Made by a program: the position numbers and the translations under genes. A model generated the notes under the pieces. It was not told the DNA's origin, did not search any database, and saw only the letters and a list, made by a program, of their open reading frames with translations. A DNA stretch of 64,000 bases from an uncultured archaeon (GTDB lineage: Archaea; Nanohalarchaeota; Nanosalinia; Nanosalinales; Nanosalinaceae): the NCBI GenBank assembly GCA_964421955.1, contig CAYQYU010000005.1, positions 1 to 64,000 of the forward strand, read 5' to 3'. Shown piece after piece: positions 19,671 to 28,292 of the stretch. Position 1 is the stretch's first letter, and each line of letters starts with the position of its first letter.

Positions 19671-20429
19671 CTAGCTATTCCAGGGGTTCTGCGGGTTCTG
19701 GTTGTTACGTTCCTGTTCCGCGAACAGCTCGATGTCGAGCTTCATGGTGTCGGTCTGCTGGACGTTTCCTGAGTCCCAGAACGCCCAGTGGATCGAAATG
19801 AACCTGGTCTCCGAGTTCTGGAACGGGTCCTTGGTTATCGACGAGTCCTGCCATCCGATGCTGTCAGGCTCGTTACTGTGGTCTCCATCTAGCAGGACGG
19901 TCTCGTTGTCGATCCTCTTCGCCTTCAGACCCATGATCTTCCGCTCTCCCTGCTGGTTCTGCTGTAGCTTGCAGTTGGTATCCGCGTTGTCGTGGAACAC
20001 CTTGAACTGGACACGGTTCTGGAGCTCTCCATTACCCGGCCCCTGGGAGTTGTCTCCCGCCTCTTTCTCTGGCTCGGTCAACGTGGGATCGTCTGTGTCC
20101 CTGACATCCATCTTCATCCAGAGCCAAGACGGGTTATTGAAGACATGGGTGCTGACTGTCAGACAGCCTGAATCACCAGGCTTGACATCGTCGAGCTCAA
20201 TGACTGGTCCAGCATTGTCGACCAGCTGGGGCTCTTCCCCTTCTCCGGAGGTCTCTACTACTCCTCCATTGTAGGTCTCTGCCCAGTCAATCTTCAGGTC
20301 GACAGCGCCAGCCTCAAAGCTGTTACCGGTTGCGGCCTCTGTATCGTTGAAGTAGGCCAGTGTACCAGACCCAGCTACAGCTCCAGCGATGCCAATCACC
20401 ATGAGTGACGCGAATATCTTCTTGTTCAT
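19671..20429 (-). CDS. TasA/camelysin-like protein with SipW-cognate signal peptide
   Basis: MNKKIFASLMVIGIAGAVAGSGTLA-YFNDTE...NSFEAGAVDL, VKPGDSG; SD AGGTGA upstream. Confidence 0.85.
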   Translation of the reverse strand: MNKKIFASLMVIGIAGAVAGSGTLAYFNDTEAATGNSFEAGAVDLKIDWAETYNGGVVETSGEGEEPQLVDNAGPVIELDDVKPGDSGCLTVSTHVFNNPSWLWMKMDVRDTDDPTLTEPEKEAGDNSQGPGNGELQNRVQFKVFHDNADTNCKLQQNQQGERKIMGLKAKRIDNETVLLDGDHSNEPDSIGWQDSSITKDPFQNSETRFISIHWAFWDSGNVQQTDTMKLDIELFAEQERNNQNPQNPWNS

Positions 20430-20462
20430 CTTGGTTTTCACCTATGATACGTTGAAGCCCTC

Positions 20463-20511
20463 CCCTTCCGGTTAAAGAAGGGAAGAGCAGGTGTAGAGAC
20501 TGAGTCTCTAC
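20463..20511 (-). promoter_or_regulatory. Two-hairpin intergenic RNA element, copy 2
   Basis: Plus strand CCCTTC-cggttaaa-GAAGGG (20463-20482) and GTAGAGAC-tga-GTCTCTAC (20493-20511). Confidence 0.6.
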
Positions 20512-21800
20512 GACTGTGTCCATGGATTCTGTGGGTTAGGGTTGTTCCTTGCCTGCTGTGTGTAGAACTCCATGTCGTACACCAGACTGTCTGTCTGCGC
20601 CTCGTTTCCTGCGTCTTTAGTGAAGTTCCACTTGAACCCGATGTGGCTCTCTCCAGGCTGGTACGGATCGATCTCCTCTGTGGAAGGATCGCCGTCGAGC
20701 CTCACTCCGTCTGAGAGATCGACTTCTTCAGTGTCACAGATCTGAGATCTGAGATCTGAGAAAATCTGCTCAACGTTGGACTGATTCGCTAGATAGGCGT
20801 CTGAGGGGCTCGAAGCAACGTTCTCTAGAGTCGTTGTGTTGAACTCCGCACCCTCGTAGGCAACGGTGATAATCCTCACACCATCGCCAATAGCCTGCTG
20901 TGCCTCCGTCTCCGGATCAGGTCCTGACTTGGAATTGCCGTCACTTAGAACGACCATTACCTTTTCAGCCCCCGAATTGGAGTCGGGACCAGTCAGCTCA
21001 CTGTGAGCAGTGTCGATTCCTGAACCAAGATTCGTTCCCCCTTCCGGAACTACAGCTGCTATCGAGTCGTTGAGCGCCTGCTTGTCGCCAGTCAGTGGTT
21101 CATCAAGAGTTGCACTGTCGGCGAAAGTCACCAGCGCTCCCTGATCATTCGACCCGAGAGAGTTGACAAGAGCATAAGCTCCGTCCTGCGCGGCATCAAA
21201 CTTCCCAGGATCCTGAGGGGGTGGATTCTCTCCCTGTGTGCCTGCGCCGTCCATAGAACCTGATCTATCCAAGACCAGGGCAAGATCGACAGGAACCTCA
21301 CTGCATGTCTGCGTAGTGGTCGTGATCTTCTCTTCGCCGTCTTCAAAGACGTTGTCTCCATCGTCATACCAGACAACATGGCTGAAGTGGTCGTCAATCT
21401 CTCCATCTCCGTCCTGACCACAGTTGGGTTCCGCCTCAAGCTCAGGGTCATTACATCCGTTGTCACTATCCGCATCCTGCTGGAGCCTGAACCATACCCA
21501 GCCAGGATTCGTCTGGAGATCAAGGTTGATGGTCGCCTCCCCGTAGTCTCCCGGCTTCAGATCACTGAAGTTGAAGACAGGCCCAGGATTATCCGTGACT
21601 TCCTGAATCTCGAAAGGCGTCTCCTCAGTTGCAGGAGCGTTGTAGTGCTCCGTCCAGCCGATCTTGAGGTCGAGAGCGCCGGCTGCAAACGTGTTTCCAG
21701 TCACTGACTCCGTATCGTTGAAGTACGCCAGCGTACCAGACCCAGCAACAGCTCCGACGATCCCGATAACCATCAGGGAAACCAAAATTCTTCTGTTCAT
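20508..21800 (-). CDS. TasA-like protein with an inserted von Willebrand A domain
   Basis: SipW-type signal GSGTLA-YFNDTE; vWA DLALVLDRSGSM (MIDAS), GGTN, VLSDG; TasA C-terminus AQTDSL...QARNNP; SD GGAGGTGA. Confidence 0.9.
   Translation of the reverse strand: MNRRILVSLMVIGIVGAVAGSGTLAYFNDTESVTGNTFAAGALDLKIGWTEHYNAPATEETPFEIQEVTDNPGPVFNFSDLKPGDYGEATINLDLQTNPGWVWFRLQQDADSDNGCNDPELEAEPNCGQDGDGEIDDHFSHVVWYDDGDNVFEDGEEKITTTTQTCSEVPVDLALVLDRSGSMDGAGTQGENPPPQDPGKFDAAQDGAYALVNSLGSNDQGALVTFADSATLDEPLTGDKQALNDSIAAVVPEGGTNLGSGIDTAHSELTGPDSNSGAEKVMVVLSDGNSKSGPDPETEAQQAIGDGVRIITVAYEGAEFNTTTLENVASSPSDAYLANQSNVEQIFSDLRSQICDTEEVDLSDGVRLDGDPSTEEIDPYQPGESHIGFKWNFTKDAGNEAQTDSLVYDMEFYTQQARNNPNPQNPWTQS
21751..21797. 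repeat. 47-bp exact repeat, copy 1 (signal-peptide coding region)
   Basis: GCTCCGACGATCCCGATAACCATCAGGGAAACCAAAATTCTTCTGTT is identical to 22644-22690. Confidence 0.9.
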
Positions 21801-21860
21801 TCTAATTCTCACCTCCTTTTGATTCTGTTCTTGCTTTGTGGTTTTGCATACGATCACGCC

Positions 21861-21923
21861 TTTCTTCCTCGGTTAAAAGGAAGAAAAGAGGGGAAATGTG
21901 GGAGACAGAGCTAGGCTCTGTCT
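21861..21923 (-). promoter_or_regulatory. Two-hairpin intergenic RNA element, copy 1
   Basis: Plus strand TTTCTTCCT-cggttaaa-AGGAAGAAA (21861-21886) and AGACAGAGC-tag-GCTCTGTCT (21903-21923). Confidence 0.65.
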
Positions 21924-22696
21924 TAGTCCTGAGCTGGCGGATTCAGTGTGGTGTCTGCACCGATGTCTTCAGGTGCTAGATTTTCACACTCAAAGCCTTC
22001 CTGGTTTCTGGACTGAGTTGCGTAGAGGTGTAGATCCGCTACGTACTCGTCAGTCTGAACCAGGTTGTCTGCGCTGCTTGGCAGAGTGACGTTGACTGCG
22101 ATGAACTTCCTCTGGTTAGGTGAGAGTGCCTCACCATCGGTACCAAAGGCGTTGTAACTGGAGTCAACTAGCTCTAAGACCTGGCTGGAACCATCAGCAG
22201 GCACTGGAGTCTCATCGAAGCCTCCGATGATTCTGTCACCGTCTTCCTCGTTGTAGATGTTGTCTCCATCATCTACCCATGCTGTCATCTGGAGTTCTCC
22301 TGCGAGCTCTCCTTCGTTAGGAACAAATCCGTCTCCTACACTGTTCCCTTCATCAGAGTGATCTGCTTCTGGCTCTGTGACTGAGACTTCGTTGTCCTCT
22401 ACATCTGTGATTGCTGCACAGACGTAGGATGGGTTGTCGCTGACTTCGAAGGCGAAGGTTGTCTCGTTGGTATCACCAGGCTTCATGTCGCTGATGCTGA
22501 AAGCCGGTTCGCCATTGAAGTCAATCAGTGCGCTGTCACCGTTGGCATAGCCGAACTCTAGGTCAATGCTTCCCGATGTGAATGTGTTCCCTGTACTGGA
22601 TTCGGTGTCGTTGAAGTAGGCGAGTGTTCCTGATCCTGCTACTGCTCCGACGATCCCGATAACCATCAGGGAAACCAAAATTCTTCTGTTGATCAT
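21923..22696 (-). CDS. TasA/camelysin-like protein, probable major fibre subunit
   Basis: GSGTLA-YFNDTESSTGNTFTSGSIDL, MKPGDT, WVDDGDN, VQTD; first gene of the cluster, with SD GGAGGTGA. Confidence 0.85.
   Translation of the reverse strand: MINRRILVSLMVIGIVGAVAGSGTLAYFNDTESSTGNTFTSGSIDLEFGYANGDSALIDFNGEPAFSISDMKPGDTNETTFAFEVSDNPSYVCAAITDVEDNEVSVTEPEADHSDEGNSVGDGFVPNEGELAGELQMTAWVDDGDNIYNEEDGDRIIGGFDETPVPADGSSQVLELVDSSYNAFGTDGEALSPNQRKFIAVNVTLPSSADNLVQTDEYVADLHLYATQSRNQEGFECENLAPEDIGADTTLNPPAQD
22644..22690. repeat. 47-bp exact repeat, copy 2
   Basis: Identical to 21751-21797. Confidence 0.9.
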
Positions 22697-23092
22697 TCAA
22701 AATTCACCTCCGGTCGTTTTCCGAAATTCTTGATTGTTAGAAGGGGTTTTCAGAAAGTATGAAGCCGCGTCAAAACCCGCGGAAAAAAACGTATCTGTCT
22801 CTGGAAGACAAGAAAAACGGTTGCAGATACTTGAAGCTCTCTGTCCCCCTCCCATGGTATTCCTACTTTTGAGTTACAAACCTTTTATACGAATCCAAGA
22901 AAGCCTTATAAAGGACGGAGGAAACTCCATCGGCTCAAAGGAGCCTTCTGCGCTCTTCATAGAAACCGAACAGTCCAGAAATTAGAGATAGAAAAACGGC
23001 TTGTTACGCTTTGATAGTAACCTTATCGGCGTTTAGAGTTTTTCTGTCTTATCCCGTCAGGGTAGTAAAAATCTAGGAAGTTCACGGCAGTA

Positions 23093-23455
23093 TCAATGGC
23101 TGGCCGCGACATAGTAGGCAAGAACTACCAGGCCGAGATCTCTCAACGCGATGGTCCACATGCCCATCGAGGCAACGGTCAAAGTTATGCCCAGGAGCCA
23201 GAGACAGATGACCGACGCGACCAGCCGTGTTTTGCGTTTCGAGGCCAGTGCCAGTCCGAGAAGGGTTTCAGCGCCGCCAGTTAGATATACGAACTGTTCC
23301 GAAGTCAGGGGCAGAAGAGACTGGAGCCACTGGGGTTCAAAGCCCGTCCAGAGCAGCGGCATGAAGAATTTTGATGCTCCTGCCAGGAAAACAACAAGCG
23401 CGAGGCCGTAGAGCCCTGCAAAATCACCGTAATCGTAGATGCGTCTCCATTTCAC
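23093..23455 (-). CDS. DoxX-like membrane protein
   Basis: Four hydrophobic segments, AGASKF, GGAETLLG, LRDLGL. Confidence 0.7.
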   Translation of the reverse strand: MKWRRIYDYGDFAGLYGLALVVFLAGASKFFMPLLWTGFEPQWLQSLLPLTSEQFVYLTGGAETLLGLALASKRKTRLVASVICLWLLGITLTVASMGMWTIALRDLGLVVLAYYVAASH

Positions 23456-23517
23456 ACGAAAGTTTTTCTCGCCCGGAGTTTTGTCTGTTTCGGGAGGAAA
23501 AGAAGAGGCAAACTCGA

Positions 23518-24333
23518 CTATGTTATCCCGTAGTCATCCATCAGATCCAGGAAACCATACAGATCGTCGGCGACCCTGCTGTTATACAGCATCAGTCTCC
23601 TCCGGTCGGTCTCTCCGTATTCTTCAAGATTTGATTCAGTTAGATCTGCCGTCACAACGTCCATCCCGTCACGCAAAAGTAGATACGACGCTGCAGCAGA
23701 TAGGCCTCCAAGAGCATAGCTCTCAGGAGCTATATCTCCCAGCTGGTTCAGAACATTCATGCCCGTACTGGCCGCGATAGCACCCCAGACCCCTGAAGTT
23801 GCAAGATAAACCGCAGTGTTCTTCCGGGAGTCATCCGCGAAAACCTCAGGATTCATATCCGAATAGGCGTTGCTGAAGAAAACCTTCTGGGCGAGAGCGT
23901 TCTCATCTCCGTTTTCGATCCTCCGCTCAATACTCTCCGTCCGGTCTCCGGTAAGCTTTCCTGCAAGAGTTATCATAACCGTGTTCCAGGTAGTCGGAAC
24001 ATCCAGATCCTCAAGCTCGGTTCCCACATAGTCCTCCACAGCATCGAAGTTTCCATCGGCCACAGTTTCCTCAACAAGCTGGAGATGTGCCGCATGCCGT
24101 GTCTCATGGAGATTGTTGATACCCAGAGGACTCAAGTATACCCTGTCAAACCTGTCTCCACCTACATGCGGAACCGCAAGGGTGAAGTCTATCTCGATGT
24201 CATCCAGAGCCGTGTCGAAGAAATCTTCAAGCCGGTCAAGCTCCTTCTCAGACCTCTTTCTGTATCCTTCAAGACGTCCATCTAGAACTCCCTCAACCCT
24301 GTCAAACCTCCGGGAGCTATCCAGTATAGACAT
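23518..24333 (-). CDS. Hypothetical protein with two C-terminal hydrophobic segments
   Basis: 271-aa acidic ORF. Confidence 0.7.
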   Translation of the reverse strand: MSILDSSRRFDRVEGVLDGRLEGYRKRSEKELDRLEDFFDTALDDIEIDFTLAVPHVGGDRFDRVYLSPLGINNLHETRHAAHLQLVEETVADGNFDAVEDYVGTELEDLDVPTTWNTVMITLAGKLTGDRTESIERRIENGDENALAQKVFFSNAYSDMNPEVFADDSRKNTAVYLATSGVWGAIAASTGMNVLNQLGDIAPESYALGGLSAAASYLLLRDGMDVVTADLTESNLEEYGETDRRRLMLYNSRVADDLYGFLDLMDDYGIT

Positions 24334-24421
24334 CTGGTTTGCACACCTAGCTACAACTCATAAATAACGGCAGGTCGCGAGACCTGTTAGCTGAAAAGAA
24401 TTCTCTACGAAGTTTCCAGTA

Positions 24422-26683
24422 ATGAAAGTCAAAGATCTGGAGATACCCCGGGAAATCAGGCAGGACTTCATCTCCGAGGGCATCGAGGAGCTGAACCCGC
24501 CGCAGATAGACGCGGTAGAATCAGGTTTGATGGATGGCCGGGACATGGTGGTCGCGTCACCCACCGCTTCAGGCAAAACCTTCATCGCGGAGCTGGCGAT
24601 GGTAAAACAGGTTCTGGAACGCGGGAAGAAGGCGGTCTACATCGTCCCGCTCAAGGCGCTCGCAGCGGAGAAATACAAGGACTTCTCGGAGCGATATGGA
24701 GACCTCGACGTGAGACTATCGATAGGGGATCTCGACGACGCAGGTGAAGGCCTGGAGACCGCGGATATTGTAGTAGCGACCTCCGAGAAGCTGGACTCGA
24801 TGTTAAGACATAATCCGTCATGGATCCATGACATAGGGCTCGTTGTGGTTGACGAGATACATTTACTTACGAGCCCAGAGCGCGGACCCACACTCGAAGT
24901 CACTATATCCCGCTTACGAGATATCCTGGAGTTCCAGCTGCTTGGTCTTTCCGCGACCATCTCTAACTCGGGAGAGCTCGCGGACTGGTTAGACGCGGAA
25001 CTCGTCGAGTCCTCTTATAGACCCGTGGAATTGAAGCACGGCATCTACTGGGAAAACGAGATCGAGTTCTACCCGGAAGACATAGATGAGAGTTCAGTTG
25101 AAACGAACAGCGAGACCAGGAAAGAATCTTCATTCAGCACAGGAAAGGAGGTGAAAGAGGAAGAGAACGATATTGACTCCGAGACCTATTTTATCGAAGA
25201 CCACCACGGCCGCGGCTCGCTAAACATTATAGAGGACACGCTGGAAAAAGACAAGCAGGCAATCGTCTTCTGCTCCTCGCGTAAAGGCGCGGAGAAATCA
25301 AGTGACCGGTGCTCGGGCGTTGTCGAAGCCGAGCTCGACAGAGAAGAACGTCAGGAACTCAAGGACTATGCAGAGCGGATAGAAAATGCGCTCGGATCGC
25401 CGACCTCACAGTGCAAGAGGCTTGCGGCGAACGTCGAAAAGGGCGCGGCGTTCCACCACGCAGGACTTCTAGCGAAGCAGCGCTCGCTCGTGGAAGAAGC
25501 GTTCAGGAAAGGCCTCGTAAAAACAGTCTCCGCCACGCCCACGTTAGCAGCGGGCGTCAACCTTCCCGCGTTCAGGGTTATTATCCGGGACCTGAAACGG
25601 TACACGGGAAGGGGAATGGAGTATATCCCGGTTCTCGAATACGAGCAGATGACAGGTAGAGCAGGAAGACCAAAATACGACGACCGCGGGGAGGCCATAT
25701 CGATCTCAAAGAACCCGGGAATGAAAGAGGACGTCCTGGAGCGATATATCCTCGGCCAGGCGGAGCGCATACAGTCGAAGCTTGCAGTCGAGCCCGTGCT
25801 CAGGATGCATACGCTGTCGCTCGTCGCCTCCCGGTTCTGCACTTCGATGACCGAACTCAAAGAGTTCTACCGCGAGACCTTTTACGCCTTCCAGTTTGGT
25901 GATATGCAGGAGGTCGAAGAGAAGATCGAATCTGTGGTCGCATCCTTGAGAGACTACGGCTTTATACAGGAAGACGAGATGAAGCCTACAAAGATCGGGA
26001 AACGAGTCTCCGAGCTCTACGTCGATCCGGATTCTGCGCATCACATTCTTGAATGCCTGGAGAAGACCCGGGAAGAAGATACAAGGCCAGTATCCTACCT
26101 CTTCATGCTCTCGAGAACCACGGAAGTCAGGAAGCCCCGGGTCAAGGATGGTGAACGCGGCGATATCGAGGGGGCTCTGGAAGATGCCGCAGAGTATATT
26201 CTCGAAGAAGTTCCAGGGGAATGGGAGCCGTCCTACGACTCCTTTTTGCGTTCTATGAAGAACGCGCTGATACTCAAGGCCTGGATCTCGGAGCTCGACG
26301 AGGAGAAGATAATGAATAAGTACGGTGTTGCGCCGGGAGGCATCCGGGCCAAGGTCGATAATGCCGACTGGCTGCTGTATGCCTCCGAAGAACTCGCAAG
26401 GATGAAGAATATTGAGCTTGAAGGCGATATAGATAGGTTGAGGACCCGGCTGAAGCACGGCATAGAAGAGGAGTTACTTCCACTGGTGAAATACGACCAG
26501 ATCGGAAGAGTTCGGGCAAGAAAGCTCTATGATCACGGCATCAGGGACCGAGAAGCTATCCGGGAGACCCGCTTCGAGAAGTTGAAGAAGCTGATAGGTA
26601 AACGTACCGCACAGAAGCTGAAGAAGCAGGTGGGCCAGGAAAACATCTTCGATCGCGAAAACGTGCTCGACTACTTCGACTAG
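24422..26683 (+). CDS. hel308: Ski2-like ATP-dependent DNA helicase Hel308/Hjm
   Basis: SPTASGKT, DEIH, LSAT, FHHAGL, ATPTLAAGVNLPA, QMTGRAGRP, IGRVRARKLY. Confidence 0.93.
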   Translation: MKVKDLEIPREIRQDFISEGIEELNPPQIDAVESGLMDGRDMVVASPTASGKTFIAELAMVKQVLERGKKAVYIVPLKALAAEKYKDFSERYGDLDVRLSIGDLDDAGEGLETADIVVATSEKLDSMLRHNPSWIHDIGLVVVDEIHLLTSPERGPTLEVTISRLRDILEFQLLGLSATISNSGELADWLDAELVESSYRPVELKHGIYWENEIEFYPEDIDESSVETNSETRKESSFSTGKEVKEEENDIDSETYFIEDHHGRGSLNIIEDTLEKDKQAIVFCSSRKGAEKSSDRCSGVVEAELDREERQELKDYAERIENALGSPTSQCKRLAANVEKGAAFHHAGLLAKQRSLVEEAFRKGLVKTVSATPTLAAGVNLPAFRVIIRDLKRYTGRGMEYIPVLEYEQMTGRAGRPKYDDRGEAISISKNPGMKEDVLERYILGQAERIQSKLAVEPVLRMHTLSLVASRFCTSMTELKEFYRETFYAFQFGDMQEVEEKIESVVASLRDYGFIQEDEMKPTKIGKRVSELYVDPDSAHHILECLEKTREEDTRPVSYLFMLSRTTEVRKPRVKDGERGDIEGALEDAAEYILEEVPGEWEPSYDSFLRSMKNALILKAWISELDEEKIMNKYGVAPGGIRAKVDNADWLLYASEELARMKNIELEGDIDRLRTRLKHGIEEELLPLVKYDQIGRVRARKLYDHGIRDREAIRETRFEKLKKLIGKRTAQKLKKQVGQENIFDRENVLDYFD

Positions 26684-27384
26684 GGAGCGAGATAAACCTC
26701 GGCTCTTCCCTCATCCACGTCTGTGTACTCGACCCTCCAGCCGTTTCTCTCCAGGCCGTGAACGAAGCTTCCGAGCAGGTCCCTGTAGATGGAATCCTCT
26801 CCACCATCATTTCTGCGGTCAAAGTCAAACTTTACAGGAGGATTATAGAGGTTGTTACTGTGGTAGTCGTTCAGGAGCACGACGCCGGAAAGCTCATCCA
26901 TCTCAGTTATAGAACTCGACCATTCATCCATTATCTCAAACGCACTCCTGACTATCTCCGCGGCATCCTCCCTATCATTTTCCTCAAGAACTTTACCAGG
27001 AACTCTCTCCGTCTGCCAATCCCTCCGGGCCAGAGTTCCGGCCATGCAGTCCTCTATAACATAGACCACGTCACCGAGACCTCCATCGCTCATCACCTCT
27101 GCAGCACTTAGAGGATCTGGGTATTCATCTTCCCAGGAATCCAGAACAACCGTTTCGCCAGACATTTCAAACTCTGAAGTCTCAGGATCTGTTCCAACAT
27201 AAACAGAGACTTCTGCGCCGTCTACACAGTCTTGTATCGATTCAGAGAGCTCTTCATCGTCAGAAACAGTTTCTAAAGGATCTTGATCTACACCAAACTC
27301 TTCTCCCGTTGCTTCAGTTAAATTCAGGCTTGTAGCACCGTCTTCAACCTTCCCCCCTCTTTGGGAGGCTTCTGACATATACAA
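26680..27384 (-). CDS. Hypothetical acidic protein
   Basis: 234-aa ORF with proteome-like composition. Confidence 0.7.
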   Translation of the reverse strand: MYMSEASQRGGKVEDGATSLNLTEATGEEFGVDQDPLETVSDDEELSESIQDCVDGAEVSVYVGTDPETSEFEMSGETVVLDSWEDEYPDPLSAAEVMSDGGLGDVVYVIEDCMAGTLARRDWQTERVPGKVLEENDREDAAEIVRSAFEIMDEWSSSITEMDELSGVVLLNDYHSNNLYNPPVKFDFDRRNDGGEDSIYRDLLGSFVHGLERNGWRVEYTDVDEGRAEVYLAP

Positions 27385-27430
27385 GGGTTACCAAAAGGCT
27401 TTTAAAAATTTTCTGTCCTGCTGTGGGTTC

Positions 27431-28288
27431 TTATCTGATGCTTTCCTCCAGCCTGTCGATCAAATCCTGGTTTCCAACGTGAAAAGGTACACGCTGATGT
27501 AGTTCCTCAGCTTCAACCTGCAGAATCGATTTTTCGCCATCGCTTGAGGCACCTCCAGCAGTTTCAACAATGAAAGAAATAGGATTGCACTCAAAAATAA
27601 CTCTTAGCTTTCCATTTGGAGCATCAGTTCTTTCAGGATACGCAAACATCCCTCCCTGGTGGATAACCTGGTTTACGTCGCCTACAAGCGATCCGCCGTA
27701 CCTGAGCTTGTACTCACCAGATATTTCAGACTCGAACTGCCTGAAGCGGTCGTTCCAGTGCTTGTTGCCGCCGAAACCGTACACGTACGCCTCCGGCATC
27801 TCCAGATCCCCGGATGCAAGATAGAGCTCGACCTCGTCTCCCGGTTTCTCCTCGATCACATACTCGTTTACCTCTCCTTCGCGGGCGACCATAACCGTTG
27901 TCAAAGGCCCGAAGACAACGTAGAATGCGGCGACAAGATTCTCTCCTTTACAGGGTAACTCGCCGTCGTAGATCCCGACTATTATCCCTACGAGATTGTT
28001 GGTGGGGATGTTCGAGGAGCCGTCGAGAGGGTCGACTGAAACGGAAAGGCCCTGGCCGCAGTCAGTGACAACCTCTTCCTCCTCGGAGGCGAACTCTCCC
28101 ACTCCTTCTATAGAGGTTATCTTCTCCTTCAGAAGTTCGTTGGCCCAGACGTCTGCCTCGAGCTGTTTCTCGTCGCTAGGGTTCTCCTCACCAACGTACT
28201 CGCGGCGGTGGAGCATTCCGGAAGAGATGTGTGGAGCGGCCTCCGCAACCTCTTCTATTACCCTGTCGACAACTTCTTCCTGGTTCAT
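27431..28288 (-). CDS. fbp: Fructose-1,6-bisphosphatase class I
   Basis: ASEE, VDPLDGSSN, LRYGGSLVGDV, GKLRVIFECNP. Confidence 0.95.
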   Translation of the reverse strand: MNQEEVVDRVIEEVAEAAPHISSGMLHRREYVGEENPSDEKQLEADVWANELLKEKITSIEGVGEFASEEEEVVTDCGQGLSVSVDPLDGSSNIPTNNLVGIIVGIYDGELPCKGENLVAAFYVVFGPLTTVMVAREGEVNEYVIEEKPGDEVELYLASGDLEMPEAYVYGFGGNKHWNDRFRQFESEISGEYKLRYGGSLVGDVNQVIHQGGMFAYPERTDAPNGKLRVIFECNPISFIVETAGGASSDGEKSILQVEAEELHQRVPFHVGNQDLIDRLEESIR

Positions 28289-28292
28289 TGTA

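Noticed and set aside
22734-22985. 83-aa plus-strand ORF upstream of the fibre operon
   Set aside because: TTG start, non-acidic composition, no motif. More likely a chance ORF in a regulatory region.
25706-26458. 250-aa antisense ORF (and many similar S/L/F-rich antisense ORFs across the window)
   Set aside because: These are shadows of E/D-rich genes on the opposite strand, here Hel308.
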